Assembly: GCA_964016885.1 (NCBI GenBank)
Contig: OZ024759.1
Span: forward strand, 16,430,001 to 16,494,000
Reading direction: 5' to 3'
Source of the DNA: Eledone cirrhosa
Taxonomy: Eukaryota
Length of the DNA: 64,000 bases
Numbering within the stretch: the stretch's first letter is position 1; each line of letters begins with the position of its first letter. The position numbers and the translations under genes were made by a program. The notes beneath the pieces are model-generated. The model had not been told where the DNA came from and made no database searches. It saw only the letters and a list, made by a program, of their open reading frames with translations. Below are positions 14,540-27,756 of the stretch, in pieces.

Positions 14540-15425
14540 ATCCCAAACCACCCATTTTAAAAGGTTCATTATTAAAAATTAAAATAAAAAGCTTATGTTA
14601 TGAGCCCATCACCTAGGAAGGATGGGGCAGCACTGAAAAGTACTGCCTCCCTCAACCCCCACATCTCTGCCTTAAAATTACGGCATATCAAAATGGCCGC
14701 TCAAACTATTTCAACCCTTCAAACACCAAAGTGTAGCGACAGGCCTGGTATGTTAAATTACTATCTTAGTAATGAAATTTTAGTAAATACACTCTTGTAT
14801 TTCTAACTTGCATTGTATAGTCTTTCCCAAATCAATCATAACCATATCTATGCATGTATGTAGGTAAATACCTTAGAATTCTTCATTAATTAAATGAAAG
14901 TGGATTGGCGGTATCGGTAGAGGGTCGGACGCCATGCTTTGCAGCAAACAGTTACGGCCCTTGCCATTCTGAGTTCAAATCCCGCTGAGGTTAACTTTAC
15001 CTTTTATCCTTACGGGGTCGATAAAATAAAGTACCAGTAATGTACTGGGTATTTGCTGGCCTTGTGCCAAAAGTAGAAACAATTAATTAAATGAAAGTGT
15101 ATTTCATTAGAAATATGGTCACAAAAGTTGTAATAATTATAATTTCTAATTTAGGCTCAAGGCAGAGAATTTTGGGGTATGGGAAAATCAATTATGTTGA
15201 CCCCCAGTACTTGACTGCTACTTAATTTTATTAAACCACAGGAAAATGAACAGCGGAGTTGAATCATGGCAGTGTATGAACCCAGAATATAAAGAACTGT
15301 CACTAAATGTAACAAAGCATTTTCTCCAATGCTCTACTGATTCAGCCAATTCACCACCCTGATAAGGTTAATAATAATTATAACAGTAAAAATCAGTAGA
15401 GATATGAATCAATGGGTTTACTTAC

Positions 15426-15575
15426 AACAGAAAGGTCCTCATTTGATTGCAGTTCTAAGTAACCTCGGCTATCCATTGAAAAGATTTCGGCAAAGCAGAA
15501 TAAAATTAACTCAGCTATCGTCAAGCCATACGTGAGGCAGAGCAATACAAACCGAAGTAAATCAGTGTCGTAATC
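15426..15575 (-). CDS. ABCC1: ABCC1-like exon 5 (end of TMD0)
   Basis: AG/GT boundaries, 150 bp, DYDTDLLRF...ELILFCFAE. Confidence 0.88.
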
Positions 15576-16797
15576 CTGAAATGTAGAAGATGTCATCATT
15601 ATCATCACCATTTAACATCCATTTCTCCACGCTAACATAGTTTATGTCAAATAAAAATTAAATAGAAAGGCAAAAAGGCAGTGGTGGTGCCATAAATAAA
15701 AAAAAAATAAAAATCACTTAGGTGAGATACTAAAGTGTTAGTACCATGATAAAATGCACCCAGTTCACTCTGTAAAGTGTTTGTGCTGGTGCCATGATAA
15801 AAAGCACCCAGTCAACTCTGTAAAGTGGTATGGTTAGTAGCATGATAAAAACACCCAGTCCACCCAGTACTGGTACCATGATAAAAAGCACTGTCCATCT
15901 TGTAAAGTGGTTATGCTGGTACTATAATAAAATGCAAGCCATGAGTAATGTACTATACATACACCTTTGACGAGTTGTAGTGCACCTGAGCACTTTACAC
16001 AATAATTTCATTTTTTTTTTTTTTTTTTCTTTTTCAAATAAAATGATAATTTTAGTAAATCCTTCCAAATACTTCATTAATTAATTGAAAATTAAATTAA
16101 AATCTGCCAACATAATTTTTCCATGAACCATATAGGGTAAAGACCCCCTTTGATCATGAACAACCATGAGATTTGCACCTAAAAAGTTTCCCCTGTGAGG
16201 CACAAGTCTGGGCAAGGTTGTTTGGAGAAGACCAGCAGTCACCCATGAATACCAGTCTCCCTTCTCTACACCACTGATGTTGTCCAAGAGAAAGGAAATG
16301 GTGAATACAGCTTGGCAGCAGTGCTGTCGCAACTCATTTGTACAGCTGAGTGAACTGAAGCAACATAAAATAAAATGTCTTGCTCAAGGACACAATGCAT
16401 CACCCAGTCCTGGAATTGAACTCACAACCTCACGATTGTAAACCCAACGTTCTAACCACTAAGCCATGTGTCTTCATATATTATATTACTAAATAATGCT
16501 TTCTGATTTAGGCACAAGGCCAGCAATTTGAAGGGGGGGGGGGTCGATTAGAACGACCCCAGTGTATTACTGGTGCTTTATTTATCGACCCCATAAGGAT
16601 GAAAGGCAAAGCTAACCTCGGCAGGATTTGAACTCAGTGGCGTAACTATGCTGTGAAGCCTGTTGTCTGACGCGCTACCGATTCTGCCAATCCACCGCCC
16701 TTAAATTACTAAATAATGAAATAATAATTTCTTCATTAATTAACTGAATGTATATCATTAGACATCCGGTCACAAAAGGGTTAAGCATTTCACTTAC

Positions 16798-16926
16798 CTT
16801 TAGAATAATTTGACTATAAAGTGGAATGGTTTGACAAAGAAGACATAAAAGCCAAAATATGAATTGCACACCAGATGTTAAGATTCCAGATTTCTTCTCT
16901 ACCCAAACCAGAAATAGTGACAAGAC
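16798..16926 (-). CDS. ABCC1: ABCC1-like exon 4 (TMD0: EKKSGILTSGVQFIFWLL)
   Basis: AG/GT boundaries, 129 bp, conserved MRP E-x-x-x-G-x-x-x-SG-x-x-x-x-FW motif. Confidence 0.92.
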
Positions 16927-17829
16927 CTATAAAACAAAAGGTAGCAATGTTTTAGTATTATAAAAGGGTAGGTGATAGGAAGGGCATCCAGCTGTAGAAA
17001 GCTTGCCAAACAAAGGGTCGGGAGGACCCTTCAGTTGTGTCAAGGCAAGACAGCCAACCTAGTTCATGGTGATCTACATGATAAATCCACCCAGTATATG
17101 ATGTAAAGTGGTTGGTGATAGGAAGGGCATCCAGCTGTAGAAAGCTTGCCAAACAATGGGTTGGGAGGACCCTTCAGTTGTGTCAAGGCAAGACAGCCAG
17201 CCTAGTGTTTGGTGATCTACATGATAAATGCACCCAGTATATGATGTAAAGTGGTTGGTGATAGGAAGGGCATCCAGCCATAGAAAGCTTGCCAAAGGGT
17301 TGGGATGGTCCTCAGTTGTGTCAAAGGCATGCCAACCTCCCCTGTGCATGAGTGTACATAAGCGAGATAAATCCCTGGGAGATCACTAGCCACTGCTTCA
17401 GTATTATTTCGGTCTATGTAGACCCATCCAACCTTTGCTAGCAGGAAAATCGGACAGTAAAATGCTGGTGTGATGATGATGAACCCATATTTGACAGCTT
17501 TTAAGATGTACGTTTTTTTTTTCAAAAAAACGTCCCAGAAAATCAATCTGCGACTTATAAGGTCAAGGCTCAGTTTGGGTTACTGGCTAGTGGAGGTCTA
17601 GTGCTGCAGTGGCCCTTAACCCTTTAAGCATTTACATTACTCTAGATTTACTATTGTATTTTTCACCGTAAACACTATTTCACATAATTATCTCACATAA
17701 TATCGAATCTACAAGATTTTGATATTTTGAGAACAATACCTTAACATAAGTATGAGCAGCCAGTTATAGATATTTATTCTTAATACTTTAGCATTCAGTC
17801 ATCAAAAGAAAGGAGGTAGGTGTACGAGC

Positions 17830-18240
17830 CAAACTTGCTATCATCAATTTGGTATTCTTCCAACTCTTACCTATGGTCATGAATCTTGGATAATGACTGA
17901 AAGAATACAATCAAGAATACAAGCAGCAGAAACTGGGCTCCTCTGAAGGATCTTAGGAGTAATGTTACTCAAAGTAGAGCTGTTTCTTCTGTGAATTGAG
18001 ATATCACAACTCTGAAATTATCTACATGCGGTCAGAACGACTAAGGAAAGAATCACCGGACAGATTTTACAGGGAAAACAAATCAGCAAGAGTCCAAGAG
18101 TAAACCTCAGGCAAGATGGTTGGTTATCATCCATGAGCTTAGTTGGTCTCGCTTGGGGATTCAGCCATATCAATTTAGAGGTAGTTGCTTCTGACAGGAC
18201 CCACTGGAAGTCATGTTTGAGGACTCTACTCCCACAACCT
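17830..18240 (+). mobile_element. Decayed RTE (Rex3/Expander-like) 3' fragment; related fragment at ~10140-10440
   Basis: LPTLTYGHESWIMTERIQSRIQAAE motif with frameshifts. Shares its 3' segment with 10260-10430. Confidence 0.65.
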
Positions 18241-18283
18241 TCTCAAGAATAATTGGGTGAAGAAGAAAATACTTAATACTTAC

Positions 18284-18409
18284 GAAAGTTATTATTCTTA
18301 GGACATATCCAATCAGCAAGGCTTTCACATCCAAGATGGTATTTGTTTCACTGTTAAACAAAGTAACCAAACTCACCACATCCACAGTGATGAGAAAAAT
18401 AAGCAAGGT
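18284..18409 (-). CDS. ABCC1: ABCC1-like exon 3 (TMD0)
   Basis: AG/GT boundaries, 126 bp, hydrophobic TLLIFLITVDVV...LRIITF, phase 0/0. Confidence 0.85.
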
Positions 18410-18678
18410 CTGTAAATTATATTTAAACAACATAAAGTGACTTTCGTTATGCGATAAACTTTTACGTTCCTGGAGAGAAGATGGGCTCTGCCAGGTTAAA
18501 AAAAAATGCCCTAGATATGCTGTATATTAATGTGGTGTCCCTACGACTCTTAGGACTTATGGATCCATATATACATACATACAAACTTTTACACTAATCA
18601 TGCTTACATTCTCAATATCATTTAAGGGACTTTAATCTTGCAACCATAATATGTCACATGCGTTTGTATATTTATATA

Positions 18679-19294
18679 CCATATATGCCGGTGTACAAGT
18701 CGATCTGGCGCATAGGTCGACTCCTAAAATTCTGAAGTGTAATTCAGGTTTAGTCCTATATTGGCAGGATAAGATGACCCCCCCCAAAAAAATCAGGCAG
18801 TTGCAGGGGAAATAATTCAAAAAATTTAGTGGCGCGCTAAAAGCTAAGACACTTCTAAGACACTTCAGTCACAAGTGAGTTCTGACTGAGTAAAACCAGC
18901 CTAGCCTAACCTTAACGAACCTATAAGCTACGGAAAGTCATTATTATAACCTTTGCGGTTTGAGTTCAAATCCCGCCGAGGTTAACTTATCCTTACAGGG
19001 TCGATAAAATAAAGTACCAGTAATGCACTGGGTAATTGCTGGCCTTGTGCCAAAAGTAGAAACAATTATTATAACCTCGACATTAAATAGACTTAACAAA
19101 TATGAGATTCAGTAGGAAATAATTGTGGTGGGCTACTACAGATATTGTAAGTGGTTTACAAGTGTTAGGCAGGCAGTTTCACTGTTTACCCCTCAGTGGT
19201 AAAGGTTCACTTTATATTCGGCTGACAAGTCGACCCCTGGTTTTGGAGAAATATTTTTAGGCTCCCATGTCGACTTGTACGCTGGCATATACGG
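18679..19294. mobile_element. pogo/Tigger-type MITE with a nested SINE fragment
   Basis: TIR CCATATATGCCGGTGTACAAGTCGA / TCGACTTGTACGCTGGCATATACGG, TA on both flanks. SINE piece 18952-19066 has TSD ATTATTATAACCT. Confidence 0.8.
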
Positions 19295-20159
19295 TATTAC
19301 TATTCTTATTCTTATCACTTAGTCTTATTTTCATTGCATGCTGTCACTACATTATTGAGCACAGTCCTATGTTCCCTGGGAACATGCAGTGTTATATTTC
19401 TCTTGTGAAGGCACGTGGCTTAGTGGTTAGAGAGTTGGATTATCAGACTGGGCAGTGTGTCGTGTCCTTGAGTAAGGCACTTTATTTCATGTTGCTCCAG
19501 TTCATTCAGCTATAGAAATGAGTTGTGGTGTCACTGGTGCCAAGCTGTAACAGCCTCTACCTTTTCCTTGGACAACATTGATGGCATGGAGAGGGGACAC
19601 TGGTATATATTGTCAACTGCTTGTCTTCCACAAAAATACTTTGCCCAGGCTTGTGCCTTGAGGAAAAACTTTCTTGGTCATTCATGATCGAAGGGAGTCT
19701 TTACCTTTACTGCATCACTAATCCTTTAAAATTTACACACACACACAAACATTTGCACAATACATTTCCTATCTTAGTCATATTAATTACTACAATAAAA
19801 AGTTCACTGCAAGAGGCTTGGGCTGTAACCATGTAGATAGTTATTTCTCCAAAGTTATTCATATATTTAATCCTGTGTGTCGTACATATATGCTGAACAT
19901 TTATGTAAATATAGCTGTAGGGACATTGCATCAGTCAAAACTTCAATGACTCCTGAAATTCACCAACACTACACCTGATATTCCCCCTCCATACATGCAC
20001 ATTTATGTGCGTGTGAGCATGCATCATGACTCATATACTGTTCGCTTTCCTGACATTTGTACATTATTCTATTTACTATATAAGCTCTTTTAGCTAACTT
20101 TCCTGATGAGTTGTAGTGCACCTGAGAACTGTACACAATTTTCATTATATCCTAGATAT

Positions 20160-20352
20160 TGAGGGCGGTGGATTGGCAGAATCAGTAGAGCGCTGGACAA
20201 CATACTTTGCTGCATAGAGTTACAGCCCTTTGCGTTCTGAGTTTAAATCCCGCCGAGGTTAACTTTGCCTTTCATCCTTACGGGGGTCGATAAAATAAAG
20301 TACCAGTAATGCACTGGGATAATTGCTGGCCTTGTGCCAAAGGTAGAAACAA
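20160..20352 (+). mobile_element. tRNA-derived SINE with Nin/Deu-like core (family A; further copies e.g. 11180-11367-, 13436-13627-, 14898-15085+, 16495-16700-, 30611-30797+, 30950-31135-, 42750-42937-, 56117-56305+)
   Basis: A/B-box head (TGGCAGAATCAGTAG..GAGTTTAAATCCC), core GCCTTTCATCCTTACGGGGTCGATAAAATAAAGTACCAG, AT-rich tail. TSD ATTATATCCTAGA here; TSDs also visible at the 42.7-kb and 56.1-kb copies. Confidence 0.85.
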
Positions 20353-20438
20353 TTATATCCTAGAAATAAACAAGAGAAAAATAAATAATTTAAAAAAAAA
20401 TTAAATTAAAAAAAAAACAAAAAAAAACAACAACTTAC

Positions 20439-20618
20439 CACTTTCATTATATTCAGACATGTATATGGAATTGGATTGCTGTTGGCTTTGTAAATGTAGA
20501 ACAGGTATAATGGTAAACACAGCCATAACCAAAAGCAAGGGAACCACAGAAGAATCGTATTTTGGAAACATGAAGTAAACTGGGGCCATGATGCATTGTC
20601 CCATGTCAAAGAAACATT
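20439..20618 (-). CDS. ABCC1: ABCC1-like exon 2 (TMD0: NVSLTWDNASWPQFTSCFQNTILLWFPC...)
   Basis: AG/GT boundaries, 180 bp, P-x-FT-x-CFQNT-x-L-x-W-x-PC motif typical of the long-MRP N-terminus. Confidence 0.92.
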
Positions 20619-20779
20619 CTGAAAAATTATTCAAAATCATACAAGATTAATGAAACAAGAAGAACACAAGTGTTTTAAGGTCATTTTCACAGTTAGAGAA
20701 GGGGGATCGTGTTGTTTGGGCTCTGTAATAAGTATCTCCATTTTACCTTATTGTCTGCATCTCCGTCCTTACCAAACCC

Positions 20780-21740
20780 CAGTTTTCATTTTCTTCACCT
20801 TCATCTTTAGCCATGTCTGTCTTGGTTTTCCCCCCTTCCTCGACTTCCTTCCACATTCATTTTCACTACTCCTCTCACCCAGTCTCATCTCCTCAACACA
20901 TGACCCAGTCATCTCATTTAATTCCTCCTCACAACAGTCATAACTGGCTCAATTCCTCTCACCCAATCTCTTATCTTTCCTCAACACATGACCCAGTCAT
21001 CTCATTTAATTCCCCCTCACAAGAGTCATAACTGGCTCAATTCCTCTCACCCAATCTCTTATCTTTCCTCAACACATGACCCAACCATCTCATTTAATTC
21101 CCCCTCACAAGAGTCATAACTGGCTCAATTCCTCTCACCCAATCTCTTATCTTTCCTCAACACATGACCCAACCATCTCATTTAATTCCCCCTCACAACA
21201 GTCATAACTGGCTCAATTCCTCTCACCCAATCTCTTATCTTTCCTCAACACATGATCCAACCATCCCATATAATTCTCCCTCACAAGAGTCATAACAGGC
21301 TCAATTCCTCTCACCCAATCTCTTATCTTTCCTCAACACATGATCCAACCATCTCATTTAATTCCCCCTCACAACAGTCATAACAGGCTCAATTCCTCTC
21401 ACCCAATCTCTCATCTTTCCTCAACACATGACCCAACCATCTCATTTAATTCCCCCTCACAACAGTCATAACTGCCTAATTCCTCTCACCCAATCTCTTA
21501 TCTTTCCTCAACACATGACCCAGTCATCTCATTTAATTCCTTCTCACAACAGTCATAACAGGCTCAATTCCTCTCACCCAATCTCTTATCTTTCCTCAAC
21601 ACATGATCCAACCATCTCATTTAATTCCCCCTCACAACAGTCATAACTGGCTCAATTCCTCTCACCTAATCTCTTATCTTTCCTCAACACATGACCCAAC
21701 CATCTCATTTAATTCCCCCTCACAACAGTCATAACTGGCT
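20780..21740 (-). repeat. RTE 3' ORF fragment with an 88-bp tandem array (~10 units) in ABCC1 intron 1
   Basis: 88-bp period (20941, 21029, 21117). Minus strand reads RWLGHVLRKD, ending in WVRGVVKMNVEGSRGRG.PRQTW. Confidence 0.85.
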
Positions 21741-21834
21741 CTATCCACCCCACCCTCTGTAATTCATTATTTCTCATCCCCATTTACAAATATTAACCTC
21801 CACCTAATCTTTTCAATGTGGGCATGCATATCTG

Positions 21835-22125
21835 TGTGTATATATGTGTATATACATGTACGTGTGTATGTATATACGTGTACGTGTGTATGTATATATG
21901 TGTACGTGTGTATGTATATATGTGTACGTGTGTATGTATATATGGACGTGTGTATGTATATATGTATGTGTGTATGTATATATGTATGTGTGTATGTATA
22001 TATGTATGTGTGTATGTATATATGTATGTGTGTATGTATGTGTATATATATATATATATATATATGTGTGTAGTGTATATATGTGTATGCGTGTATATTT
22101 GTATTTGTGTGTATGTGTGTGTTTA
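21835..22125. repeat. Compound (TATG/TG/TA)n microsatellite
   Basis: Direct inspection. Confidence 0.9.
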
Positions 22126-23084
22126 CATTTATTGTTTATGATCAGTAGTTCTGTGGTTCAACAAAAAGATCGATAAAACAAGTACCAGACGAAAAAACCC
22201 AAAAAGTATTGGGTCGATATGATCAACTAAATCGCTTTAAGGTGGTGCCCCAGCATAGCAACAGTCGAATGCCTGAGACTGTTAAACGAATAAAATAATA
22301 TATTTTCAAATAAATATTTGCTGTGACACTGTATTTCATTCTTTCGAGGTCGATAAACCCCCCTCCCGCAAAACAAATTGTACCAATCGATTCTTCTATA
22401 TTTTTTTTCCTCGGAAGGTTGTATTTCGTCATTGTTAGAGAGCCGCCTTACTGAAGTATCAATTGATGCTTGTAAGGGTGCTTGACTATTTCGGTACCTT
22501 AGCCACGTCATCCCTCGCGGCAATGCTATCAGTGGTTTTGGGTTGTCTCTAACACTTTCTCTGTTGTAGTGTGTAACAGAGTGTTCGTCAGTCGACTGTC
22601 GTTTTATTTTCTTCTGACTATATATTATTGATTCGTTTCTTTCGTAAATAGTATTTATAAATTATATAAATTGTATTTTTATGTACAAAATGTTCTCAAA
22701 TTTTTGAATCATTGATGATTTTTTTTTTTACTAACTATTCCTATAAAAGACATTCAAAAAACTTTTAATTCACTAAATTATTATTGAAAACGATTTAACA
22801 AAATCCTAAAAGAAATAATGTATCGGTTATATAAAAATATTATGCCTAAGAACTTTTTTTTTTTTTTTTTTGCAAGCCTTTAAATTTAAAATCCGTAAAG
22901 TTTATTAAAAAATAACATTGGGAATGTGTTTTAAATATATACATATATAACGTTACAAATGCGTAAATAACATAAAATACAAATTCGTAAATAACAATAA
23001 CATTACGCAATTCGTAAATTCATCGAACAAAAATGATAATAGAAAACATTTTTTTTTTTTTTTTTGCCACCCACTCGGGCCCGC

Positions 23085-23896
23085 TCTGTTTGCACTGGGC
23101 ATTGATGACATCAGTAAGATGGGGGTTGAGTTGGACCTCAACGTCTGGTATCTCGACGACACCTGTTTGGGGAAACCTCCAGATAAGGTTCTCGCCACTG
23201 CTAACAAAATGGTTGAGGAGCTTGACCGTCGGGGTCTGCAGGTCAATAGCTCCAAATGGTAGCTCTGGATCCTTAACCACCCGGCTTTTCAACATCAACA
23301 GACAATTGACCTGTTTACAGAGTCCTTTCCTTCCATTGCAGTCCCTCCCCCCGTCGGTTTACAGACCTTGCCTTCGAGTCAATCTTCCAATCGAAGATGG
23401 TTGGCCTTGAGCAGTTGGTTAAGAATATTGAAGCAATCGAACCCCACGGGGTTTTTTCATAATCAGAAACTACCTTTCGATTACTAAGCTTCTATATCTA
23501 CTCGGGGTCAGCCCTTCTCACAGATTTTCGTCCTGCCTCCGACGCTTCGACGAGAGACTAGAGTGCTTGGTAAATGTTAGACTCTCTCCAGAGTTCCGCG
23601 ATCAGGCTGCGTTGCCCAAGTGATTTGGGGGTCCGTCCCTCTCTCTCCCTGCTTCATTTCCTCCACCCACGCTTGCTCCACCCTGGTGTGCAACATCCTC
23701 TCCGACATGGAGTTAGATGAAGCTCTTCAACAATGGAGTGAGTTGGGCTTGTTTCTTCCTGAGAAGGTAGAGGACGGTCGAAGTCAGAGAGCTTGGGACA
23801 GCATAAGTTCGAAGGCCACCTTCGACTCCCTCTTCGTCCAGTCGGATCAGTTTTCAATGCGCCGCTTACTGTCTGTCATCGCCAAATACCCAGTTG
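23085..23896 (+). mobile_element. Decayed CRE-like non-LTR RT fragment
   Basis: LNVWYLDD...ELDRRGLQVNSSK (YLDD) and downstream TKLLYLL...FDE, SQRAWD, with frameshifts. Confidence 0.75.
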
Positions 23897-24289
23897 ACTA
23901 AATTATTATTGAAAACGATTTGACAAAATGATAAAAGAAATAATGTATCGGCTATGTAAAAATATTATACCTAACAACCTAGATTTTTTTTTTTTGCAAG
24001 CCTTTAAAATTCGTAAGAAAGTTTAATAATAAAAATAACATTGCAAATATGTTTTAAATATATACATAAATAACATAACAAATGCGTAAATAACAAATTG
24101 CTCGCAATTCGTAAATTCATTGATCAAAAATGATTAAAAAAAAAAAAATGAAAGAAATTGAAAATTAAAACGTCCTAACCGACTTAGTTTTCTTATAACT
24201 TTCTTAATCTTAATAAAACATATTTTTAAATTTTTGTAAAGATATATTTATAGATTTTCTAAGGTATGTATAACAATTATGTTGATGAA

Positions 24290-24345
<56 letters not shown>

Positions 24346-24549
24346 GAAGTAATTCCGTCGGCAAGGTCCAGGAAAAAAGAGTGCTCTATGTAAGTTACAT
24401 AGCTTATTAGTTATGTAATAAACAACATAAGATAATTATTTCATTTACCAGTTGTTTCTTGAAAGCAAACAAATTTGCTTTCAGTCATCAGAATGAAAAA
24501 ATCCTGGTGTATTTATTGAAAGTGGATTTCAATAAATACACCAGGATTT

Positions 24550-24609
24550 TTTCATTCTGATGACTGAAATCAAATTTGTTTGCTTTCTAGAAACCACTGG
24601 TAAATGAAA
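24550..24609 (+). ncRNA. Type I hammerhead ribozyme motif (mirror copy on the minus strand at 24439-24498)
   Basis: Stem I TTTCATT/AATGAAA, CTGATGA 24557-24563, hairpin stem II, GAAA 24590-24593, stem III ACC-ACT-GGT, GUA site at 24602. Confidence 0.75.
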
Positions 24610-24634
24610 TAATTATCTTATGTTGTTAATTACA

Positions 24635-24671
<37 letters not shown>

Positions 24672-26146
24672 GGTGGTATTTTTTTATGTATGTATCAAGT
24701 TTTTATCAATAAAATCGTAATTTATATCATGAAAAAACATATCTGTGCAAATTTTCAATAAAAAATATTATGATTAAGAAAATTACGAGAAAATAAAGTC
24801 CGATTGGCGGGGAATTGAACTGTAGTTATGGTTAATAATAATATAAAAAAACTGTTTCTACATTTGACACGGCTAGCAATTTGAAGGGATGGAGGAGGGG
24901 GGAAGTCGATTATATCAACCCCAGCGCGTTACTGGTATTTTATTTTATCCACTCTGTAAGGATGAAAGACAGAATAATAATTTTCTAGTTTTGACACAAG
25001 GCCAGCAATTACCCCAGTTTATTACTGGTATTTTATTTTATCGACCCCATAGGGATTTGAACTCCGAATGGCAAGGGCCGTGACTATTGGTCAAAGCATA
25101 GCGTCCGACCCTCTACCGATACTGCCAATTCACCGCACTAAGAAAGACAGAATAATAATAATCGTGTTTACATTTGACACAAGGCTATATTAATTTGAAG
25201 GGAAGGAGAAATTCGATTAAATCGACCTCAGCGCATTACTGGTACCTTATTTTATCGACCACCCACCCCGTAAGGATGAAAAGCAAAAATGATAATTATT
25301 ATTATTGTGGAGAGAGAAGTGCCGTCTTTCATCCAGTTTGTTGAAAGGTGGGCGAGAGTGGCGAACATGGTCCGTGTGAATGGACCTGCCTTGAGGATAT
25401 GCCTGTAGATTGGAGTAGAAAGACTGGGAGAGAGCACTTTGCCCAAGCGGCCAGGGTGAGCGTGGCTTTTGTGGGATTTCTAGACGATTGACCGTTAAAG
25501 TCTCTTTACCTCTGGGGAAGTTATGTTTGTTTTAAATGTTTATATGTTTATTTTCTTGGTCTCTTTTATAAATTTTATTTTTCACAAAAAAAAAACCCCC
25601 CAAAAACCCCGTCCTGTATCATCTTTCATGTGAGCCCTGTGTGGCTAATAAAGAAAAAAATGATTATAACGGTTTCTGCTTTAGGTACAAAACAATATTG
25701 GAGAAAGGGAAAGTCTATGAAATCGACTTTAGTACGTTACTGGTGCTTTATTGTATCGACACCCCGTAAGAATGAAAAGGCATAATAATACTAGTAATAA
25801 TAATAATTGTTTCTACTTTTGACACAAGGCCAGCAATTACCCAGTACATTACTGGTACTTTATTTTATCGACCCCGTAAGGATGAAAGGCAAAGTTAACC
25901 TTAGTAATAATAATAATTGTTTCTACTTTAGGCACAAGGCCAGCAATTACCAGTGCATTACTGGTATAATAATAATGATTTCTTTATTGGCTGACATCAA
26001 GAAAAACATTACAGACGGAACAGGACGGTACGATGTGGGTTTTGTGCGTGTAAAGATTTTTATTATTTATAAAAGAAAAAAAAAAAGACATAGAAACATA
26101 TATATATATAAACAAATAATAATAATAAACAATGCAGGTACGTTAC

Positions 26147-26197
26147 CCAAAACACTGAGTCGTTGCAAATTACAGCTAACGGTCCTGAAGTGGACAT
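26147..26197 (-). CDS. ABCC1: ABCC1/MRP1-like transporter, coding exon 1 (MSTSGPLAVICNDSVFW)
   Basis: ATG at 26197, 17 codons ending C..FW then GT donor. Matches the short MRP1-type first exon and joins in phase 0 to NVSLTW. Confidence 0.8.
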
Positions 26198-27756
26198 TAT
26201 CGAGGCGAGATATATGTTCCGGCCTTGGCAGCGGAGCGACTACTTTCAATAATGCGTAGATCGTGTGCCAGAAAATATAATCATAGAAAAAAAGACCTAA
26301 CACATCTTTTTAGTAGTAATAAACATGTCATTAACCACGTGACATTGAATTAGATCTACCTATATATATATGTGTAGAGAGAGAGAAAGAAAGAAAGTGT
26401 GTGGGGGTCGGAGGAGGCCAAATAAGATTATGAATTAATGTTGAGCTGGTGTACAGGGTCGAAACTGCCAGTCATGGCGAGTTAAAATGCTATATTTGAG
26501 CAGCACTTGACTCAACCCACCACGTCCACCCTCTCTTTTCTTAACCGGCAAAACAAAAGAATGACAGAAACAAGCAATTGTCACATTCAACAATATAAAC
26601 ATATCACGAGCCAACGTGGAAAAGAGAGTGTGTTGTTTGACCTGCTAGAAATAACAGCCAAATACCTACTACTCTCTCTCTCAAACACACTCATAAATCC
26701 ATCCATCCCCCAAATCAATTTCGAAATAAAACATGATAGTCACTTCTGGAACCTCGGTTGACAGTATACGATGCTCACGGCCGGATTAAAGCAACTAGGA
26801 GCCCTAGATTACAGAAAATTAGGGGAGATCCCCCCCCCCCCCCCTTCAACTTAAGCACTTATTCACAAGAAACTTATAGCCCGATTCACAGAACGATATT
26901 GAGATTCCAGCATCTGCCTATGTCGGCTTCTAAAACAAAGGTGACACCCAAAAGAATGGATTTAATAACAATCTTATTTTAAATTTTGACAAAGCTGTGT
27001 TTCATAGCCATGTTTACATATGTATTTTAATATCAGGAGATGCCGGTAAAGGTGTTTTGTTATTCGAGTACCTTAAACCTTGCCATCACCCACAACAATG
27101 CTACTAGTGTCATGGCTTGCTTCAAAATTTATTAAGGGGCAGCTCCGGGCCCCTTTGTAGCATGTGATTGATTGTGGGAGTCTTCCCATCCTAGAGAAAT
27201 TTATTATATATTTAACTAATATTTTATTTGACGACTGGTGAAGATTCGAGACCGTCAATGTTGATTTTAAATATTCCGTTGACCGTTGTGATGTACGGCC
27301 GATTATCACACATGGTAGTGAATTGATGGTCGTTTTTGTTTTTGCTTCTTCTTTTTTTTCTCTCGCCCTGGTCGTATTATTTTGTTGAGTTATATTTGTG
27401 AGGTTCCTAGCAAGAATTGTATTTATTATATGTATTTATATCGAGGTTAACTTTGCCTTTCATCCTTACGGGGTCGATAAAATAAAGTACCAGTCACGCA
27501 TTGGGGTCGATTTGATCGACTTTCTCCTCTCCTTAAATTACTGGTCGTGTGCCTATACTAGAAACAATTAAATGTATTTATATGTTTATATTTTCATTTT
27601 GAAAGAACTGCGAACAATTTGTAATGTTCTTTATAAAACTGTGAATAAACTTATATCTGTTTATACCGTATTTAAAAAAAAAGCTATCTGAAATGCATCA
27701 CAAATAATGTCTTTTTGGCAAGACTAGAGACTTGAGTTTCTCAAAATCATCTAAAC

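Noticed and set aside
14898-14990. tRNA genes
   Set aside because: A/B-box sequences belong to SINE heads, and no complete cloverleaf was recognised.
22223-22523. ORF containing FCG as a candidate ABCC1 first exon
   Set aside because: It overlaps SINE-like sequence and has no suitable donor. 26147-26197 fits far better.
22540-22600. CTGACGA...GAAA on the minus strand as another hammerhead
   Set aside because: Stem I and stem III pairing are poor.
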